DNA from: Somniosus microcephalus
Taxonomy: Eukaryota
Assembly: GCA_052327205.1 (NCBI GenBank)
Contig: CM126207.1
Span: 248,620,001-248,684,000 of the forward strand
DNA length: 64,000 bases
Reading direction: 5' to 3'
Below the pieces are notes generated by a model that saw nothing but the letters and a program-made list of their open reading frames with translations, ran no database searches and had not been told where the DNA came from. This document shows, in pieces, positions 61,872 through 64,000 of the stretch; position 1 is the stretch's first letter; every line of letters begins with the position of its first letter. The position numbers and the translations under genes are program-made.

Positions 61872-63934
61872 TACCCTGCGCGCCCAAGTCTCCGAGGGCT
61901 ACTGTTTGTAATTGATGTGCATCGTTTTCATGTTGTGCTGTCCACATATGCACATTGCCTCTTTTGTTGTCTTACTTATAAAAGTTTTTTGCACTGTTTT
62001 TGAGCATTCCTACTGTAGTGTTTGTCTCACCTTTCCACCTGTGATGATCAGGTCCTCCGTTAGATGTAAGAAATTATACACTCAGTTTTCATACTCCTCA
62101 CCTTTACATCTGTCAATTGGAAACTGAGGCTTCATGTGATTGTGTACATGCCTCATGTAGGGTACGACCCAATTTAAGATCACATAGGTTGCAAAAAAAA
62201 AAATCCATTTTCGTAAGTTCGGCATTAAATGTCTTTAAAAAGTCGACACAAATGCATCAGCGATCATTCCTACCTCAGTTATTCAGTTCAAATCACAGAG
62301 TATTAAAATAATGTTCAAACATATTTCAGATCTCATGGTTCTCTCTCACTACCTAAACTCCCGTTTCTTAATTCAAACATCCTGGGGCCTACATAAATAA
62401 ACAGAGTGAAAAACCTCAACATTGATGGCAGCTAAGCCCCTGTGTTCTCACAACATCTATTTTGGGAGGATCTTCAATATTAGCAAAAGCCTGGAATATC
62501 CCAGACTATTTCTAAGAGTGACTGTAGCCACTGAATTCACCCCCAGGAATGATCACCACTCGGCATATGCAATGTGATCAACATGAAGATACTCGTATTT
62601 AGCATTTAACTGAAAGAGCAAAACTCCAACTCCACTTTCAGGACATTATAAAAACTGCACTGCTGGCGTACATAATCTGGTCTAAACAGAATTTCAGGCC
62701 GCAAAGGTGCTGAAAGTGACCAAATTAAAACTGAATTCTTTAAGCTGAACCACGTTTCCTTTTATCCAAAAGCTACACTCTGCGAGCAGCACAAGCAATA
62801 TAAATCTAAGCACTTCAAACCTTGGAATGTCCCAATTTGTCAGAAACAAATACCAGCTAGGCCTTTCCTTGGCAAATCTCAGATTCCGAGCATCTGGTTA
62901 AACACAATGAAATCCCGGTCACGTGAAGCAGAAAAGCAAAGTGTGTTTGTCCTCAATTATCTTTCAGTTTTGAAAACAAAATCAGACAGTCATCCAAACT
63001 CTTTGACTGATCTTCCCAATATTTTTTTTGACATTTTTACACCCTGCTCCTGTTGAAAAATGTAATGGTCCTAGAAAATGCAAGTTCATCCATCACTAAA
63101 GTGACATTCAAAGTTAAACATAACAGCTTATGTTTTGTTTAAAGGAAGCATAAAACATCTGCTGTAGATTGTGGACAAGCGACTGACAGTGGAATGGATA
63201 GAACTAGTTTAATTGCTTTTTTTTTTATTAACAAAGAGTGCATTGTATTGTGTGTACGGACCAAGCGTAGGAGTGGAAAAGGATGTGCCTATGAGGGTCT
63301 AAGCAAGCTCATCTCACGTACTCTTTATACTGCAGGTGTAAAATCAGACTGGAGGTGCTGGGAGACAGAAGTGAAAGCTTAATTGTTGATTTGAAGCTAA
63401 GATTTTGGGTCTGATAAACGAAGTGGGAAGAGATTAAAAGGGGACCTTTGGCATCAGAAGAGTCAGGCAGGTCCGGCAGAATGCAAGATTTATTGGAAAA
63501 ATATATTTATAAGATGACAAATAGCACGTCTCACCCATCTTTGATAACACGTTTCAAAAAAGCCATTATATATTCCTTAACTGTTTTCACAGAGTGTATT
63601 TGAAAGCTACAACACCTCATTTTTTTTTAAAGAAACAGAAGTACCTATAAAATAAAGAGCTTGGGAGAGGAACATTTTGAAATCAAACATGATAGGATTT
63701 TATTCATACACACCGGGAACAACCAATGGACTGCTAGTGCCCATCAAAATCATGTATGATCGTGTTCTACCACTGTGGGCTGTAAAATCTAATCCCACTG
63801 ATTGGTCAGAATGGCCCAGACTGCAACAGGCACACTAAATGGATTGGCCATGTCTAATTAGCAAAATAAAACGCAATCAACTGTTTTTTTGTTTTCGTTT
63901 TCAATTCTTATTGTAATTTTTATTGAATCTAAGA

Positions 63935-64000
63935 GGATTGAATGGCTCAGTGAGTTAGCACAATGTTTTTGCGTCTTGGGTTTGAATCCATGCAAGACAA
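63935..64000 (+). mobile_element. tRNA-derived SINE head, cut by the window edge
   Basis: A box-like TGGCTCAGTGAG and B box-like GGGTTTGAATCC. Confidence 0.55.

Noticed and set aside
39-63382. The many 60-150 aa six-frame ORFs as host genes
   Set aside because: No recognisable domains outside TEs; many start at non-ATG codons, overlap on both strands or lie inside repeats. They are consistent with chance ORFs in vertebrate non-coding DNA.
63720-63850. Three CCAAT/ATTGG boxes as a promoter
   Set aside because: Five-base motifs with no CpG island, Inr or downstream exon evidence; plausible by chance.

Overview
Eukaryotic, almost entirely non-coding DNA (intron or gene desert). The repeat content points to a cartilaginous fish (CR1, L2, Rex1/Babar and RTE LINE fragments, Deu-domain SINEs, Penelope pseudo-LTRs, GGCC-ended PIF/Harbinger elements); this is inferred from repeat families only. 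I recognise no host protein-coding gene, and every ORF with a recognisable domain belongs to a transposable element. The main structured signals are: (1) three copies of a ~1.7 kb non-autonomous Harbinger-type element, two with exact 3-bp TSDs, that has no recognisable transposase but keeps a promoter-like end and a Myb/SANT-like exon; (2) four shorter Harbinger-type MITEs, one CpG-rich with a GC-box/X-box/CRE module; (3) a Penelope insertion with a 14-bp TSD, a GIY-YIG C-terminus and ~235-bp inverted pLTR arms, each carrying a minimal hammerhead-ribozyme motif with a non-canonical core; (4) several nested insertions with readable junctions; (5) LF-SINE-like SINEs; (6) a TA-flanked MITE with tandem RFX X-box-like motifs; (7) an unexplained 66-bp direct repeat. 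Family names come from recalled consensus motifs, not from database searches.
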